From Tubulanus polymorphus (taxonomy: Eukaryota > Animalia > Nemertea), in contig NC_134025.1 in the NCBI RefSeq assembly GCF_964204645.1, forward strand, positions 20,125,101-20,189,100: 64,000 nt of DNA. The letters run 5' to 3'. A program made the position numbers and the translations under genes. The notes under the pieces were generated by a model. It had not been told where the DNA came from. It saw nothing but the letters and a program-made list of their open reading frames with translations, and ran no database searches. Shown in pieces: positions 61,841 through 64,000 of the stretch (the first letter of the stretch is position 1; each line of letters begins with the position of its first letter).

Positions 61841-63428
61841 ACTAGGGGTCCAGGGACACCATGCCCACTTGGGAAGTGGTTTCAAATGCTCAACAATCTA
61901 ACAATTTCAATACATAACGCCCCCTAGTGACCATATACAAAAACCAATGACCTTGAAACCCACCACAATCATAGAACATGTCAGCAGCTATGATTTTGTA
62001 ATTGATTGTAATAACAAAATATGGCTCGTTACACATTTGATATGGAAATACTAAGTTATTCTACTATTCAACGCCCCCTGGTGACCATATTGAAAACCCA
62101 ATGACCTTAAAACTCATCACAATCGTAGAACATGTCATGAAATACAACTTTGCAATTAATCATGGTAACCAAATATGCCTAGGTACCAATCTAATAAAGA
62201 AATACTAAGCTATTCTACTATTCAACACCCCCTGGTGACTATATGGAATAACAAATGTCCTTAAAAACTCACCACAATCATAGACGATGTCATGAACTAG
62301 AACTTTGCAATTGATCATGGTAAAAAAATATGCCTAGGTACCAATCTAATAAGGAAATACTAAGCTATTCTACTATTCAATGCCCCTGGTGACTAAATGG
62401 AATAACTAATGTCCTTAAAAACTCACCACAATCATAGACGATGTCATGAACTACAACTTTGCAATTGATCATGGTAGCAAAATATCCCTAGTTTCCAATC
62501 TAATAAGGAAATATTAAGTTATTCTAATATTCAACGCCCCCTGGTGACCATATAGAATAACTAATGTCCTTAAAACTCAACAAAATCATGGAAGATGTCA
62601 TGAGCTACAACTTTGCAATTGATTGTGGTAACAAAATATGCATAGGTTCAGATATAAAATAGAAATACTAAGTTATTGTATTATTCCACGCCCCCTGGTG
62701 GCCACATACAAAAACCAATGACCTTGAAACTCACCAAAATCATAGAACACGTTATGAGCTACAACTTTCCAACTGAATATAGTAACACAATATGCTTAGG
62801 TATCAATTTTATGTGGAAAAACATTTTCCCACCTACGAATGAGTACTGATGACACCAAGATGGCCGCCAATTGCGTCATAATTGGCTGATCAAAAATACC
62901 GCCTCAGGTATAATACATCCCTTTCCAAAGAATACCCATCACAAATTGCAATGAGAAATGGCAAACCAGTAGGAAGCAACAGGACCTAGAATTCTGGCCA
63001 AAATTGACATTTTTGGGCACTAAAAAGGTCATAGGACGGCCATCTTGAGTCAGATCGACCCAATTTTTCTTATGCTGATGGGCCCTTGGTAGATTCAAAT
63101 ATAAGCGAAAGATCAAGGTAATTTATCAAAGCGTCTTCAAAATTTCCCTCAAAAACTTCAAAAATGTGTAAAAAGTGCTGATTTTGGCGAACAACAATGG
63201 CTGCCAGTCGGCCATCTTGAATCTGACAGGGCCAGTTTTTGGGCTGAAGATGTGTCTAAGGTAGATACATGTGTAATCCAAATATCAAGCCATTACCTTG
63301 AAGCGTCTTCTAAACTTCCCAAAATAACTGGATTCCGTCTATGGACGGACGGACGCTACGACGAACGGACGGACGACGGACGAAAGTGAATGCAATAGCC
63401 CGCTGGGACTAAAGTCCCAAGTGGGCTA
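61841..63428 (-). mobile_element. HINE copy 2 (same family as 52111-53373, more tandem units)
   Basis: Reverse complement of copy 1 end to end, with additional ~150-bp units. Confidence 0.8.
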
Positions 63429-63521
63429 AAAACTCGAAATCTCGGTTTTATCCTAAAAACCATTCTCAAGAGTGGTTTTTCTTGAGAATGGTTTTTAGGA
63501 TAAAACTGAAAATTCGAGTTT

Positions 63522-64000
63522 TTAGCCCACTTGGGACTTTAGTCCCAGCGGGCTATTGCGTTCACTTTTCGTCCGTCATCCGTCCGTCCGTCCGTAGTCC
63601 GGAATCCAGTTATTTTGGGAAGTTTTGAAGACGCTTCAAGGTTATGTCTTGATATTTGGGTTACACATGTATCTACCCTAGACACATCTTCAGCCCAAAA
63701 ACTGGCCCTGTCAGATTCAAGATGGCAGCCATTGTTGTTCGCCAAAATCAGCATTTTTTACACATTTTTGAACTTTTTGAGGTAAATTTTGAAGACGCTT
63801 TGATCAATTACCTTGATCTTTCGGATATATGTGAATTCCCCGAGGGCCCATCAGCATAACAAAAATTGGGTCGATCGGATTCAAGATGGCCGTCCTATGA
63901 CCTTTTTAGTGCCCAAAAACGTTAATTTTGGCCCAAATTCTGAGTCCTGTAGCTTCCTACTGGTTTATCATTTCTCATTGCAATTTGTGATGGGTATTCT
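63522..64000 (+). mobile_element. HINE copy 3, cut by the window end
   Basis: Nearly identical to 52111-52590. Confidence 0.8.

Overview
Metazoan (probably invertebrate) genomic DNA. Host genes are a multi-exon DNA polymerase alpha subunit B gene (POLA2, + strand, exons seen from 8900 to 43767, with one U12-type and one GC-AG intron), an intronless rhodopsin-class GPCR, RPS26 (-) and FBXO28 (+). There are two decayed BEL/Pao LTR-retrotransposon pieces at 1-5.3 kb, plus many MITEs, Helentron-type HINEs and two Penelope-type hammerhead ribozyme relics. The main feature is a complete 16,638-bp Polinton/adintovirus-like endogenous DNA virus (25342-41979) inside a POLA2 intron, with AGTAGT termini, ~0.5-0.6 kb TIRs and a perfect 6-bp TSD (TAGGCC). 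It encodes pPolB, rve integrase, major and minor capsid proteins, an A32-type packaging ATPase, several membrane proteins, a Bcl-2 homolog and a VLTF3-like protein. Unexpectedly, it also carries an intact 749-aa non-LTR-type reverse transcriptase fused to RNase H, with no endonuclease. This gene starts immediately inside the left TIR, mirroring pPolB at the right TIR. It has no TSD, UTR or poly(A) tail, and it is preceded by the same TATAG motif that sits just upstream of nearly every viral start codon. It therefore looks like a resident viral gene rather than a nested LINE. All calls are from manual motif reading; no database searches were run.
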